Shown: positions 9,538 to 19,758, counted from the first letter of the stretch. The stretch: 64,000 bases of DNA from Candidatus Multivoradales bacterium (GCA_965223325.1 CBDCWI010000002.1:4352001-4416000); one strand, 5' to 3'. Notes: generated by a model not told the origin, from the letters alone. Translations and numbers: made by a program.

Positions 9538-12501
9538 CTAGTGCCGCTCGAGCAACAGGTTGGTCACCCGTCCTGCATCCAAACGAAGTCTGCCGGGCAA
9601 AGCCTCTCCGCCTGGATTGCGCAGGGCGAGGAAACCATCAGTCCAAAGCGGCCCCTCTTCGTCATCGGCAGACGACCATCGCAGCTTCGTCTCGAGCCCC
9701 GGCGGCACCGAGATCGCCAACAGACCGTTCTCGAACGAGATCTCTTAGGTTACGTCGAGCTCCGCGCTGTACCAGCGGCCGACGTAGGGCCGCGCGTCAG
9801 CGGCAGCGGCTGGTGGCGGGATCTCGGTGCTGTCTTGCCCGATCGAGAGCAGTTCCGGTTCGCGAGCGGTCTGCGCCTTCTCGGGTTCCATCCTCGCCCC
9901 GAGCAAGACCTCCGCGGTCCGTTGGGCAAGGCGTGTGGACCAAGCGTCAGCACGGTTGCACAGTACGACGGTGGCGAGGTTCTCGCTCGGCCAGGTGGTC
10001 ATATTCGCGCGGTAGCCGACGAAGGCGCCGCCGTGCCCGAGCGTCTCCAGCCCTCGATGTTCGCCGTACGTGATGCCGAAGGCGTAGGGGTGGAGTTCCG
10101 GTTCTCCGTTGTCGCTTCCTTTCGAGTCGCCTCCGCGCAGCGGCTGGCGCGTTCGGATGAGATCGTGGAAAGGAGCGCCGAGCACCCGCGGCTCGAGCAG
10201 CTCCCGGGCCCACCGCGACATGTCCTCGACGTTCGAGAAGACGCCGCCGTCCCCGACCATGTCGAGGGTCGTCATCGACTGCCGCCAGTGCTGGCCTGGA
10301 CTCTCGGCGTAGCCGTTGGCCCGATGGGCGACGACGTGCGCGTGGTCGTCGTGAAAATGGGTGTCGGACATGCCGAGAGGTTCGAAGATCAGCTCGTCGG
10401 CAACTGCGCGAAGCGACCGGCCGGTGACCCGTTGGACGATCTGCGACATCAGGAAGTAGCCGCTGTTGCTATAGAGAAACTCGGCACCGGGCTCGAAGTT
10501 CAGCTCTTGTTGGCGCTCAATCATCGCCGAAGCTTCAGCGTCGGTGTAGAAGTCATCGCCTCGCTTGCCGGCCAGGAACATGAGCGTCAGGTAGTCCCGA
10601 ACGCCGCTTGTATGGTGGATGAGTTGGCGCGTGGTGACTTCGTTTCCCCATTCGGGAAGGTTTGCCAGGTAGCTCTTGATCGGCACATCGATATCGAGAG
10701 CGCCGCGCAGGTGAAGAAGCGCAACGGTGGCGGCAGTGAACTGCTTCGAGACCGAGCCGATACGAAAAACCGTCTTTGAGTCGATCGCGGTTCGGGCTTC
10801 GAGGTTGGCCATACCGTAGCCACGCGAGAACTCGAGCCGCCCGTCTCTCACGACGCCGAGAGCGCAACCCGGTGCGTGGGTTCCTCCCATTCCGTGGTCA
10901 GAGAAGACATCGTCAAGGGCGGTGATCACCTGCGGGTCATGCGGGTCCCTTACGCCGGCTCGACGAAGGGCACGCCCGGGTCGTTCGCCGGTCGCGCGGC
11001 CGCGATCCCAGACCGTCCGCCCGTTGACCCACACTCGCACGATGCCCAGGGAGGTCTTGGAGGGTTCCTCGAAGGTTGCCCGGTCGCGGACCGTCTCGGC
11101 GTCGAAGAGCACCAGGTCGGCTGGTCCTCCGACCCGGATGACACCGCGCAGCAACTGACCATCTTTGCCGGTCAGGCCGACGTTCCTGGCGGCCAACGCC
11201 GAAGTCTTGTGGCTCGCCTCGGCCAGGGTCACTGCCCCCGCCTCGCGCACGATCATGGCGAAGAAGCGCGGGAAAGACCCCGCGCCCCGCGGGTGGCGAT
11301 CGGCGAGGGCACCGTCGCTCGAGACGTTGGTGTACTTCCAGGTGTAGAGCTCTTCGATGTCTTGTTGTGACATCGAACGCGCGATGATCGACTCGCCAGA
11401 GGCACCGGTCTTCTGCCGCCATTCTGCGGCTTCGGCGAGCAGGTCGAGATAGAGGTCGACCGGGTCGACCTTGCGTGCACGGGCGATCTCGTCGAGGGTG
11501 CGACCGACGAGCTCAGGCTGGGGGGCCCAGCGCGACAGACGAAAGCCATCTGGCGGCGCGAGCTCGCGGAGGGCGAAGGCGGCCGTCTCCCGGTTGTCGA
11601 AGTCACGCTCGGGGAAGAGCACCGTCATCGTCGACTGCCACGCGTCGTAGGGGTAGACGTCTGCCGAGACTTCGATCCCCTCGTCACGCGCTGCCTGCAG
11701 GCGAGCGATCACCTCGTTGGCACGCCCGTGCAGGCTCTTCATGGCGAGTTTGAGGTGCGACGCCTGGACTGGGATCTCGGCCCGCCGTCCAATCTCGATC
11801 AGCTCGTCGAGGGCCTCCAGCACTTGGCGGTCTTCAGAGCGCATGTGTGAGACGTAGCGCCCGTCATGGCGTGCAACGGCCTTGGCCAACGCGACCACCT
11901 CGTCGGTCGTGGAGTAGATCCCCGGGTCGTACTCGAGCCCGCTCGACAGGCCGAGGGCGCCGTCGCGCATCGCTTGTTCGACAAGTCCGACCATGCGTTC
12001 GACCTCGTCTTCGGTGGCGGCGCGCTCGAAGTCGTCGCGCATGACGGCGGCCCGAATCGTTCCGTGGCCTACGAACGTAGCCACGTTGACTGCCGCGGGC
12101 TGCCTATCGAGGCCGCGCAGGAAGCGGCCGACTGGAAGCGATGAACCACCGTCCTGGCCAACGACGATGGTCGTGATGCCCTGACTGATCGCTGCTTCGG
12201 CGAGCGGCTCGTCGAAAAGGCCGATGTCGTGGTGGCTGTGAGTATCGACGAAGCCCGGCATCAGAACCAGGCCCGCGGCCTCGATGACGCGGTCGGTGCT
12301 CTGCGTCATCGCTTCGGCCTCGCGGCCCAGCGCGGCCACCGCATCGCCTTCGATGCGGACCGTCAGAACGCGACCATCGGCACCACTGCCGTCGAAGACG
12401 GTGGCACCTTGGATCACGGTTGCCGGGCGGCTCTGTGCGGCGACCGCCGCAGTAGTCAGAAGAAGCGCGCCGAGCGCACCGAGGGCGCTGCTAGGACGCA
12501 C
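9538..12501 (-). CDS. D-aminoacylase (amidohydrolase) fused to a beta-lactamase-family serine hydrolase; in-frame TAA at 9745-9747
   Basis: PGFVDTHSH, SHMRSE and HPRGAG (amidohydrolase); SVSK, YSNSGY and GHGG (serine hydrolase); the reading frame continues past the TAA to 9538. Confidence 0.85.
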
Positions 12502-14137
12502 CGCGACGGACGGCGAAGGCGCGGTCGATGGCGTTCATGTGCTCGATGCGCAGGTTGCTGCCAGCCTGGATGGTTTCACCGAGCTCCATGTAGGCCTCAC
12601 TCTCGGGTGTGAAGGCCGGCCACTCCGGGAAACCATCGCCGTTCGGGTTGCCCGTCCTGGCGAAGCGCACCCAGAGATCGGCGATGGTCTCGGAGAACTC
12701 CTCGTCGGCCTCGGTCGGTTCGGCGCCGAAGAGCGTCAGGTCGCCAAAGACATAGCCGAGCTCGCCAGCATGAAAGGCGCCGAGGTCGGTGTCACCCGGG
12801 ACCGGCGGGCTCCAGGTGAAGTAGTACAAGTAGGCCGGGCTGCTGGCATTTGCCATGCCGCGTGCCCAGGCGCGCTGCGGATAGGCGAACAGTACGTCAC
12901 TGAAGAGATCGATCCAGGCGCGGCGCGCCTCATCGTCGCCCACCGGGTAGAGCACCTTCGCCTCGTCTCCGAGTTCAGGAAGGGTCATTGCCAGGTAGCG
13001 CTCGAAGCCGACGTTGCCGGCGCCGAGAGCGGTGGCGAGGTAAGGCAACAGGGTCGACCCCTCATCGGCGTTGGAGCCGGTCATGACTGGAACGTCACTC
13101 TGGTCTCCGGCGGCGAAGATCTCGGCGACTTCCCTGGGGATCGCATGGCCGTCGACGATGGCCAGTCCTTCGTAGGCGGCGAACGGCTGAAACGCCTCGA
13201 GCACCCTGGCGGGATCCTGGGCGCGCAGCGCGGCGAGCGATGCCTCCGCTTCACCATCGTCGGCGGCTGGCAGGAGCGCCTTTGTAAACTCCTCGCCTCG
13301 CGCCTCGGCCGAGGGAGTCCAGCTGGTTGCCTCGGTACGGTGAACCATGGGTTGGAACGAGCCACCGCTTTGTCCGATGGCGCGATGGAACATCCCCTTG
13401 GCAAGCGGCGAGGCCTGCACCAGCGAAACGCTGAGTGCACCAGCAGACTCTCCGAAGATGGTGATGTTGTCCGGGTCTCCGCCGAAGGCCGAAATGTTGT
13501 TGCGCGTCCACTCGAGTGCCTTGATCTGGTCGAGAATGCCCTGGTTGCCGGAGGTGCCGTGCGGGCTTTCGGCCGACAGTTCGGGGTGCGCCAGGAAGCC
13601 GAAGGCACCGAGGCGGTAGTTGATCGTCACCAGCACGACGCCCTTCTTGGTGAGCAGGTCGCCTCGATAGTCGCCGCCGCTACCCGCCGTCAGACCGCCG
13701 CCGTGAATCCAGAACATCACCGGCAGGCGGTCGTCTTGCGAGGTGGCGCGCGACCAGACGTTGAGCGTCAAGCAGTCTTCTGAGACCGCGCTGTACGACT
13801 GGTTGTAGAAGCCGCCGTCAGGGCCCGCCAGCTGCTGACACGCAGCGCCGACCTCGGTGGCACTGCGCGTACCCTCCCAGGCGACGACTGGTTGCGGTTC
13901 GCGCCAGCGGAGCGCGCCGACCGGGGGGGCTGCATAGGGAATACCGAACCAGACGGGTGTTCCGTCGGCACTCGTCGTACCAACGATGGCGCCGCCGGTT
14001 ACCGCGATTTCAGCAGTGATACCAGTCGCCGTCTGGTCAGCACCGGTCTCGTTCATGTCGCAAGCCGCGAGGGTAGAGATCAAGAGCAGAAGCAAAGTGG
14101 GAAGAGCAACGTTCCTGAAAAGGGTGAACAACGCCAT
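12491..14137 (-). CDS. Carboxylesterase type B (lipoprotein)
   Basis: Motifs GIPYAAPPVGALRW, SEDCLTLNVW, HGGG, GESAG and FHAGEL. Confidence 0.95.
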   Translation of the reverse strand: MALFTLFRNVALPTLLLLLISTLAACDMNETGADQTATGITAEIAVTGGAIVGTTSADGTPVWFGIPYAAPPVGALRWREPQPVVAWEGTRSATEVGAACQQLAGPDGGFYNQSYSAVSEDCLTLNVWSRATSQDDRLPVMFWIHGGGLTAGSGGDYRGDLLTKKGVVLVTINYRLGAFGFLAHPELSAESPHGTSGNQGILDQIKALEWTRNNISAFGGDPDNITIFGESAGALSVSLVQASPLAKGMFHRAIGQSGGSFQPMVHRTEATSWTPSAEARGEEFTKALLPAADDGEAEASLAALRAQDPARVLEAFQPFAAYEGLAIVDGHAIPREVAEIFAAGDQSDVPVMTGSNADEGSTLLPYLATALGAGNVGFERYLAMTLPELGDEAKVLYPVGDDEARRAWIDLFSDVLFAYPQRAWARGMANASSPAYLYYFTWSPPVPGDTDLGAFHAGELGYVFGDLTLFGAEPTEADEEFSETIADLWVRFARTGNPNGDGFPEWPAFTPESEAYMELGETIQAGSNLRIEHMNAIDRAFAVRRGAS

Positions 14138-14315
14138 GGGTTGGCCTCCTTGGCACCGCTGGGCGATCGCCTCAGGACCAGAGAGCGCAAAGACTCACGG
14201 TCCGCCGCAGCGGCTCAGGTTGTTTCAAAAAGGGGGGGACGGGCGGAATCTTATCGGAGGTCCCGCCGGGCCCCAGCCGCAACTCTTGAGGTTCAAGGCC
14301 CGTAGAAGGTCTTCA

Positions 14316-14984
14316 ATGCGAGGAATCGAGCAGATCCCATGGTGCTACGACACTTTGATGGGAATCTCCGAGCGCACCGGTCTCGGACGTTGGCGCCGCT
14401 GGCTCACCTCCGGCAGCCAGGGACAAGTCCTCGAAGTCGGCAGCGGCACCGGCCGCAACCTGCCGCTCTACCCCGGCGACGCCAAAGTCATCGGCCTCGA
14501 GCCCGCCTTCGCATCACTCCTCGCAGCCCGCAAGAAGTCCCCCGATACCCGCCTCGTCCTCGGCAGCGCCGAAGACCTGCCCTTCAGACCGAACAGCTTC
14601 GACACCGTCGTCTCCGGCCTGGTCTTCTGCAGCGTCCCCGACCCCATGCGCGGCCTCTCCGAAGTCGCCCGAGTCCTCCGCCCAAGCGGCACCCTGCGCA
14701 TGTTGGAGCACGTCCGCGCCAAGAGCCACTGGGGAGGAAGATTCCAGGACCTCATTCTGCCCCCCTGGAAATTCGTCACCGGCGGCTGTCACCTCAACCG
14801 TGACACCGAAGCCAACGTAAGAAACGCCGGCTTCCAGATCCAGCCCGACCGGAAAGAAGACGGCTCCCTACGCTGCTTCAGCGCAGTTCCGCCGCGCGAG
14901 GTGAGTCGCGATCGAGTCCAAGCCGAGGGCCGTATGACCCCGTTGACGCCGCCTCGGGGCAACGGCCTGCAGCTCGGGTTGTAG
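14316..14984 (+). CDS. Class I SAM-dependent methyltransferase (its 3' end lies inside repeat unit A)
   Basis: Motifs VLEVGSGTG, AEDLPF..SFDTVV and EVARVLRPSG. Confidence 0.9.
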   Translation: MRGIEQIPWCYDTLMGISERTGLGRWRRWLTSGSQGQVLEVGSGTGRNLPLYPGDAKVIGLEPAFASLLAARKKSPDTRLVLGSAEDLPFRPNSFDTVVSGLVFCSVPDPMRGLSEVARVLRPSGTLRMLEHVRAKSHWGGRFQDLILPPWKFVTGGCHLNRDTEANVRNAGFQIQPDRKEDGSLRCFSAVPPREVSRDRVQAEGRMTPLTPPRGNGLQLGL

Positions 14985-15652
14985 CCGTAGAATCCGAGTA
15001 GGCGCGCGCCCAGCGACTCGCAGTCGTTCGCCGCGTGTACAGGGCGGCCTCCCGGCGCCGTCGGCCCGCGCTTCGGACCGCTTGCGCCGTCCCCCTTGAG
15101 GGGGTACCAGGGGGTGAGGTGACATTGATTGGGGTCGTGGTAACGACGGATCGCGCTCGCGAGATCGCCTCTCTCTACCAACAGCCTCACCCAAGCCGAG
15201 CGCGATACGAGGGCCGTATGACCCCGTTGACGCCGCCTCGGGGCAACGGCCTGCAGCTCGGGTTGTAGCCGTAGAATCCGAGTAGGCGCGCGCCCAGCGA
15301 CTCGCAGTCGTTCGCCGCGTGTACAGGGCGGCCTCCCGGCGCCGTCGGCCCGCGCTTCGGACCGCTTGCGCCGTCCCCCTTGAGGGGGTACCAGGGGGTG
15401 AGGTGACATTGATTGGGGTCGTGGTAACGACGGATCGCGCTCGCGAGATCGCCTCTCTCTACCAACAGCCTCACCCAAGCCGAGCGCGATACGAGGGCCG
15501 TATGACCACGTTGACGTCGCGTTTCGGGAACTGTGAACCCATCAAGTCATAGCCGTAGAATCCGAGTAGGCGCGCGCCCAGCGACTCGCAGTCGTTCGCC
15601 GCGTGTACAGGGCGGCCTCCCGGCGCCGTCGGCCCGCGCTTCGGACCGCTTG

Positions 15653-17562
15653 GATACGCCGGGATAAACCGGCATGGAGAAAGGAATGAGAGAGTCCCAC
15701 CCTCGAAGGGGTAGCGACCCAGAGGGTCCCCGAGTCATGCGCCGGCTCCCGCGAGGGTGCGGTGAAGCGTTGACAGGGGCACACACAGGCCGGGTATTGA
15801 GCCGCGAAATAAGAATTTGGGAGTGCCGACGCTGTCAAGCGAAGCGGAAGGCGAGACTCCGTAGCGCGCTATCGCGAGCTCTGCGGCGACTCCCCGCGGT
15901 CGTAGACCCTGTGCATGTGTGGAATCTCCATGCGCGAGAACCGGGAGATCCGCGATCTGGCCAGTTGGGTATCTGGTCCGCATCGGGAAGGCTAGAGGCC
16001 GTAAGCCGATGACGCACGGATGGCGGAAGTCAGACAGGCCCGTAGTACCTGCGAAGTCGTCGAACAACGGTGGGAGACCAGCGGCGGAGGCGGTGGAGGG
16101 AAGGGGCCTGGCCAAGGGGAACACGGGCAAGCAAAACGCACCCCGGACACAGAGCCGGATGGAGAGTGCGAGCAATGCGCTGGGCCGTGTACGAGAAGCC
16201 GCCCGCAGGGGCAAGGAAGTGAAGTTCACAGCGCTTCTTCACCACATCACGGTCGAGCGACTCCGGAGCGCATTTGACGTGTTGCACCGAGACGCAGCGG
16301 CAGGAGTGGACGGAGTGTCATGGAGCGAGTACGCAGAATCTTTGCTGAGCAATCTCGAGGACCTGCACTCTCGTGTCCACCGTGGGAGCTACCGGGCGAG
16401 TGCGACTCGTCGCGTCTACATCGAGAAATCGGATGGGCGGTTCCGACCGCTTGGCATCGCCACGTTGGAGGACAAGATCCTTCAGCGCGCCGTCGTCTCG
16501 GTGTTGGATGCGATCTACGAGGAAGACTTTCTCGGGTACTCATACGGATTCAGGCGAGGCCGCAGCCAGCACGATGCTTTGGATGCGCTATTCGTTGGAA
16601 TCACAAAGCGGAAGGTGAACTGGGTGCTCGACGCAGACATTCGTGGGTTCTTCGATGCCCTGGACCACGAGTGGCTGGTGAAGTTTCTCGAGCACCGTAT
16701 CGGAGACCGTAGGATCCTTCGCCTCATCCAGAAATGGCTGAGGTCCGGAGTGATGGAAGACGGTAAGTGGCACGCGAGCACGCGGGGGACTCCTCAGGGG
16801 GCGACGATTTCGCCTCTCCTCGGGAACGTGTACCTGCACTACGTGCTCGATCTCTGGGTCCAGCAGTGGAGGAAACGCAACGCGCTTGGGGACATGATCT
16901 TCGTGCGCTACGCGGATGACTTCATCGTTGGATTTGAGAGGCAGGAGGAGGCAGAACGATTCCTCGAGGAACTGAACCTGCGACTCCGTGACTTCTCGTT
17001 GGAGATCCAACCCGAGAAGACGCGCCTGCTGGAGTTTGGCCGCTTTGCGGCCTACAACCGACGCGCGCGAGGTCTCGGGCGGCCGGAGACCTTCGAGTTT
17101 CTAGGCTTTACGCACTGCTGTGCGCAGTCTAGTCGAGGGAGGTTCTTGCTGAAGCGCATCACGAGCCGCCACCGAATCCGCAGGACACTGAAGGCTGTCG
17201 GTACGGCCCTTCTGGGACACCGACACTCGCCGCTACCAGAGCAAGGTCTCTGGCTGGGATCCGTGGTGCGAGGCTTCAATGCCTACTACGGCGTACCCGG
17301 CAACTCAGCGGCGTTGAACGCCTTTCGACAGGAGGTCATTCGGCACTGGATGCGCGCTCTGCGCCGACGCAGTGACAAAGACCGCACGTCCTGGAAACGG
17401 ATGTGGGCCCTGGTGGCCCACTACCTACCCAAAGCCCGAGTCCAACATCCCTGGCCTGATGAGCGACTTGTCGTCAATACCTGAGGCAGGAGCCCAGTGC
17501 ATTAGCAGTGCACGCTGGGATCTGTGCGGGGGGCGCCGGGCAACCGGCGCTCCTACCGCGAT
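15653..17562 (+). mobile_element. Group II intron, copy 2 (apparently identical to copy 1)
   Basis: Constant 13913-bp offset and identical ORF translations; the empty site CGGACCGCTTG|CGCCGTCCCCC in units A and B defines both ends. Confidence 0.95.
16009..17484 (+). CDS. ltrA: Group II intron reverse transcriptase/maturase
   Basis: Same protein as 2096-3571 (YADD). Confidence 0.95.
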   Translation: MTHGWRKSDRPVVPAKSSNNGGRPAAEAVEGRGLAKGNTGKQNAPRTQSRMESASNALGRVREAARRGKEVKFTALLHHITVERLRSAFDVLHRDAAAGVDGVSWSEYAESLLSNLEDLHSRVHRGSYRASATRRVYIEKSDGRFRPLGIATLEDKILQRAVVSVLDAIYEEDFLGYSYGFRRGRSQHDALDALFVGITKRKVNWVLDADIRGFFDALDHEWLVKFLEHRIGDRRILRLIQKWLRSGVMEDGKWHASTRGTPQGATISPLLGNVYLHYVLDLWVQQWRKRNALGDMIFVRYADDFIVGFERQEEAERFLEELNLRLRDFSLEIQPEKTRLLEFGRFAAYNRRARGLGRPETFEFLGFTHCCAQSSRGRFLLKRITSRHRIRRTLKAVGTALLGHRHSPLPEQGLWLGSVVRGFNAYYGVPGNSAALNAFRQEVIRHWMRALRRRSDKDRTSWKRMWALVAHYLPKARVQHPWPDERLVVNT

Positions 17563-17801
17563 CGCCGTCCCCCTTGAGGGGGTACCAGGGGGTGAGGTGA
17601 CATTGATTGGGGTCGTGGTAACGACGGATCGCGCTCGCGAGATCGCCTCTCTCTACCAACAGCCTCACCTTGAGGGGGTACCAGGGGGTGAGGTGACATT
17701 GATTGGGGTCGTGGTAACGACGGATCGCGCTCGCGAGATCGCCTCTCTCTACCAACAGAGGGCCGAGTAGGCGCGCGCCCAGCGTATGACCACGACCCCA
17801 A

Positions 17802-18845
17802 TCAATACCTGAAAGGCCAAAGCCGAAAATAATCCTTCACATTCCGCCACAACTTCGCCAACCCCTCCGGCTCTAGAATCAAGAACAACACAATCACCAA
17901 CCCAAAGACTCCCTGCTGTACGAACGGCAACTTCGCAGCGAGAAGTGGCGCCGTGTCTTGCATCGCCCGGCCCATGGTCGAAATGAACGCCGGCAGAAGC
18001 ACAATCAGAGTGGCCCCGAAGAAGCTGCCGTTGATCGTGCCGAGGCCGCCGATGATGATCATCGCCAGGTAGAGAATGCTGGTCTCGATCGTGAACCGCT
18101 CCCAGGTGACGATCGTTCGGTAGTGCGCCAACATCGCACCCGCCAGCCCGACGACGAAACTCGAGGTCGCGAAGGCCAGGAGCTTGTAACCAAAGACGTT
18201 GACGCCGATGGCAGAGGCCGCGATGTCTTGATCGCGAATCGCAACGAACGCCCGGCCGACGCGCGACCGGAAGAGATTGGCAGTGGCCAAGGCGACCAGG
18301 CAAGCGACACCGACCGCGATCCAATAGAACTCGAAGTCACCGTTCACCCGCATGCCGGCCAGTTCTGGTGCCGGCACGACCAGCGCTTCGGTGCCGCCGG
18401 TAAGCGCTGTCCAGTGGGTGATCACCCACTCGACGATCTGTTGAGCGGCCAGGGTTGCGATGGCCAGGTAGAGGCCCTTCAGGCGCAGGCTCGGCAGGCC
18501 GAAGAAGAGCCCTATGAGAGCAGTCAGGAGGGCCGCTGCCGGAATGCTGAGGAAGAAGGGCCAGTCGAAGCGGGCGGTGAGGATTCCAGAACTGTAGGCA
18601 CCGATGGCGAGAAAGGCACCCTGCCCGAGGCTGATCTGACCGGTATAGCCAACCAGGATGTTGAGGCCCAGCGCACCGATGGTCGCTAGAGCGATCTGGT
18701 TGGCGAGGGTGAGCCAGTAGTTGCTGGCGACGAACGGAAAGGCAACCAGAAACACTCCGAACAGGGCCAGGCGCACCTTCTCGAGCGGCAAGCGGCGCAG
18801 CGACATGTCGCGGCGATAGGTTTCGAAGAACGTTCCAGATTGCAT
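17802..18845 (-). CDS. Branched-chain amino acid type ABC permease, LivM-like
   Basis: Motifs GLNILVGYTGQISLGQ, LRLKGLYLAIATL and IIIGGLGT. Confidence 0.93.
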   Translation of the reverse strand: MQSGTFFETYRRDMSLRRLPLEKVRLALFGVFLVAFPFVASNYWLTLANQIALATIGALGLNILVGYTGQISLGQGAFLAIGAYSSGILTARFDWPFFLSIPAAALLTALIGLFFGLPSLRLKGLYLAIATLAAQQIVEWVITHWTALTGGTEALVVPAPELAGMRVNGDFEFYWIAVGVACLVALATANLFRSRVGRAFVAIRDQDIAASAIGVNVFGYKLLAFATSSFVVGLAGAMLAHYRTIVTWERFTIETSILYLAMIIIGGLGTINGSFFGATLIVLLPAFISTMGRAMQDTAPLLAAKLPFVQQGVFGLVIVLFLILEPEGLAKLWRNVKDYFRLWPFRY

Positions 18846-18866
18846 GGGGAAACTCGTTGCCGCGCG

Positions 18867-19745
18867 TCAGACGCGTTCGATGATCCTCTTTCCGAAGAGT
18901 CCGTAGGGGCGCACCATCAGCACCAGAATGAGCACCAGGTAGGGAACGATCAGTTCGAGCCCGTGCCCGTAGTAGCCGCCGGTGTAGGCCTCGAGCAGGC
19001 CGATGATCGCGCCGCCAACGATGGCGCCGGGAATCGAATCGAGGCCACCGAGAATCACCACCGGGAAGACCTTCAAACCTACGTGGGTGATCTCGAGGTT
19101 GACTCCGATCAGGTTAGAGAGCATGAGGCCAGCCACCGCCGCGGACACAGCCGCCATGGCCCATGCGACAGCGAGCACACGCTTGATCGAGATTCCCATG
19201 GACAGCGCCGCCTGCTGGTCGTCGGCAATGGCGCGCATGGCGATGCCGTTGCGGGTGTAGCGAAAGAACAGCGACAGGCCGGCCAGGAGCAGCATGGCGA
19301 TCAACACGATCAGAACGCGGTCGAGGCCGACGATGGCACCGGCGAGCGACAGTTCGCGATCAGGCAGAAATGCCCGGTCCTCGAAGGTCCTCGGGAGCGG
19401 CCCCCAGATCCCGCCGATCAGAGCGCGCAGGAGAGTCGAGAGCCCGATGGTCACCATGATCATCGAGATGATGGGCTCACCGATCAAGGGGCGCAGGACC
19501 AGACGTTCCACCAGGAGACCAATGGCGCCGGCAACCAACAGGGTCATGAAGAGACCGAGCGACCAGTGCAGGCCGAACTGAACGACGAAGCTGTAGGTGA
19601 GGTAGGCGCCGAAGACCAGAAACTCGCCCTGGGCGAAATTGATCACGTCGCTGGCCTTGTAGATGATCACGAAGCCGACGGCCACGAGGGCATACAACAT
19701 GCCATTCGAGAGGCCGGTCACGGTCAGCTGTAGGAAGGTCTCCAT
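18867..19745 (-). CDS. Branched-chain amino acid type ABC permease, LivH-like
   Basis: Motifs YALVAVGF...INFAQGEF, VILGGLDS and RPYGLFG. Confidence 0.93.
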   Translation of the reverse strand: METFLQLTVTGLSNGMLYALVAVGFVIIYKASDVINFAQGEFLVFGAYLTYSFVVQFGLHWSLGLFMTLLVAGAIGLLVERLVLRPLIGEPIISMIMVTIGLSTLLRALIGGIWGPLPRTFEDRAFLPDRELSLAGAIVGLDRVLIVLIAMLLLAGLSLFFRYTRNGIAMRAIADDQQAALSMGISIKRVLAVAWAMAAVSAAVAGLMLSNLIGVNLEITHVGLKVFPVVILGGLDSIPGAIVGGAIIGLLEAYTGGYYGHGLELIVPYLVLILVLMVRPYGLFGKRIIERV

Positions 19746-19758
19746 GGTCAGGGGCCCT

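Larger units (their letters stand above)
14924..17800. repeat. 284-bp tandem array: units start at 14924, 15208 and 15492 (unit C interrupted by intron copy 2), followed by a 96-bp sub-duplication (17572-17758) and a mosaic end
   Basis: Direct sequence comparison gives an exact 284-bp period; many short hairpins (GGCGCGCGCC, CCCCCT-TG-AGGGGG, GTCGT-GGTA-ACGAC). Confidence 0.95.

Noticed and set aside
9541-13783. Long + strand ORFs (412 aa, 499 aa) and similar antisense ORFs across the window
   Set aside because: Shadow ORFs opposite well-supported genes in high-GC DNA, with no recognisable motifs
15035-15552. Repeated 77-aa ORFs in the 284-bp units
   Set aside because: By-products of the repeat with no RBS or protein-like features; the intron target lies within them
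14924-15652. CRISPR array or DGR template/variable repeats next to an RT
   Set aside because: The constant part is about 250 bp, units A and B share the same variable segment, there are no cas genes, the differences are not adenine-specific, and the RT is a standard intron maturase with domains V and VI
1740-17562. Cargo integrated by recombination between the two introns (composite element)
   Set aside because: Both flanks of copy 2 are contiguous repeat-unit sequence, so the exons are not swapped; two independent insertions fit better
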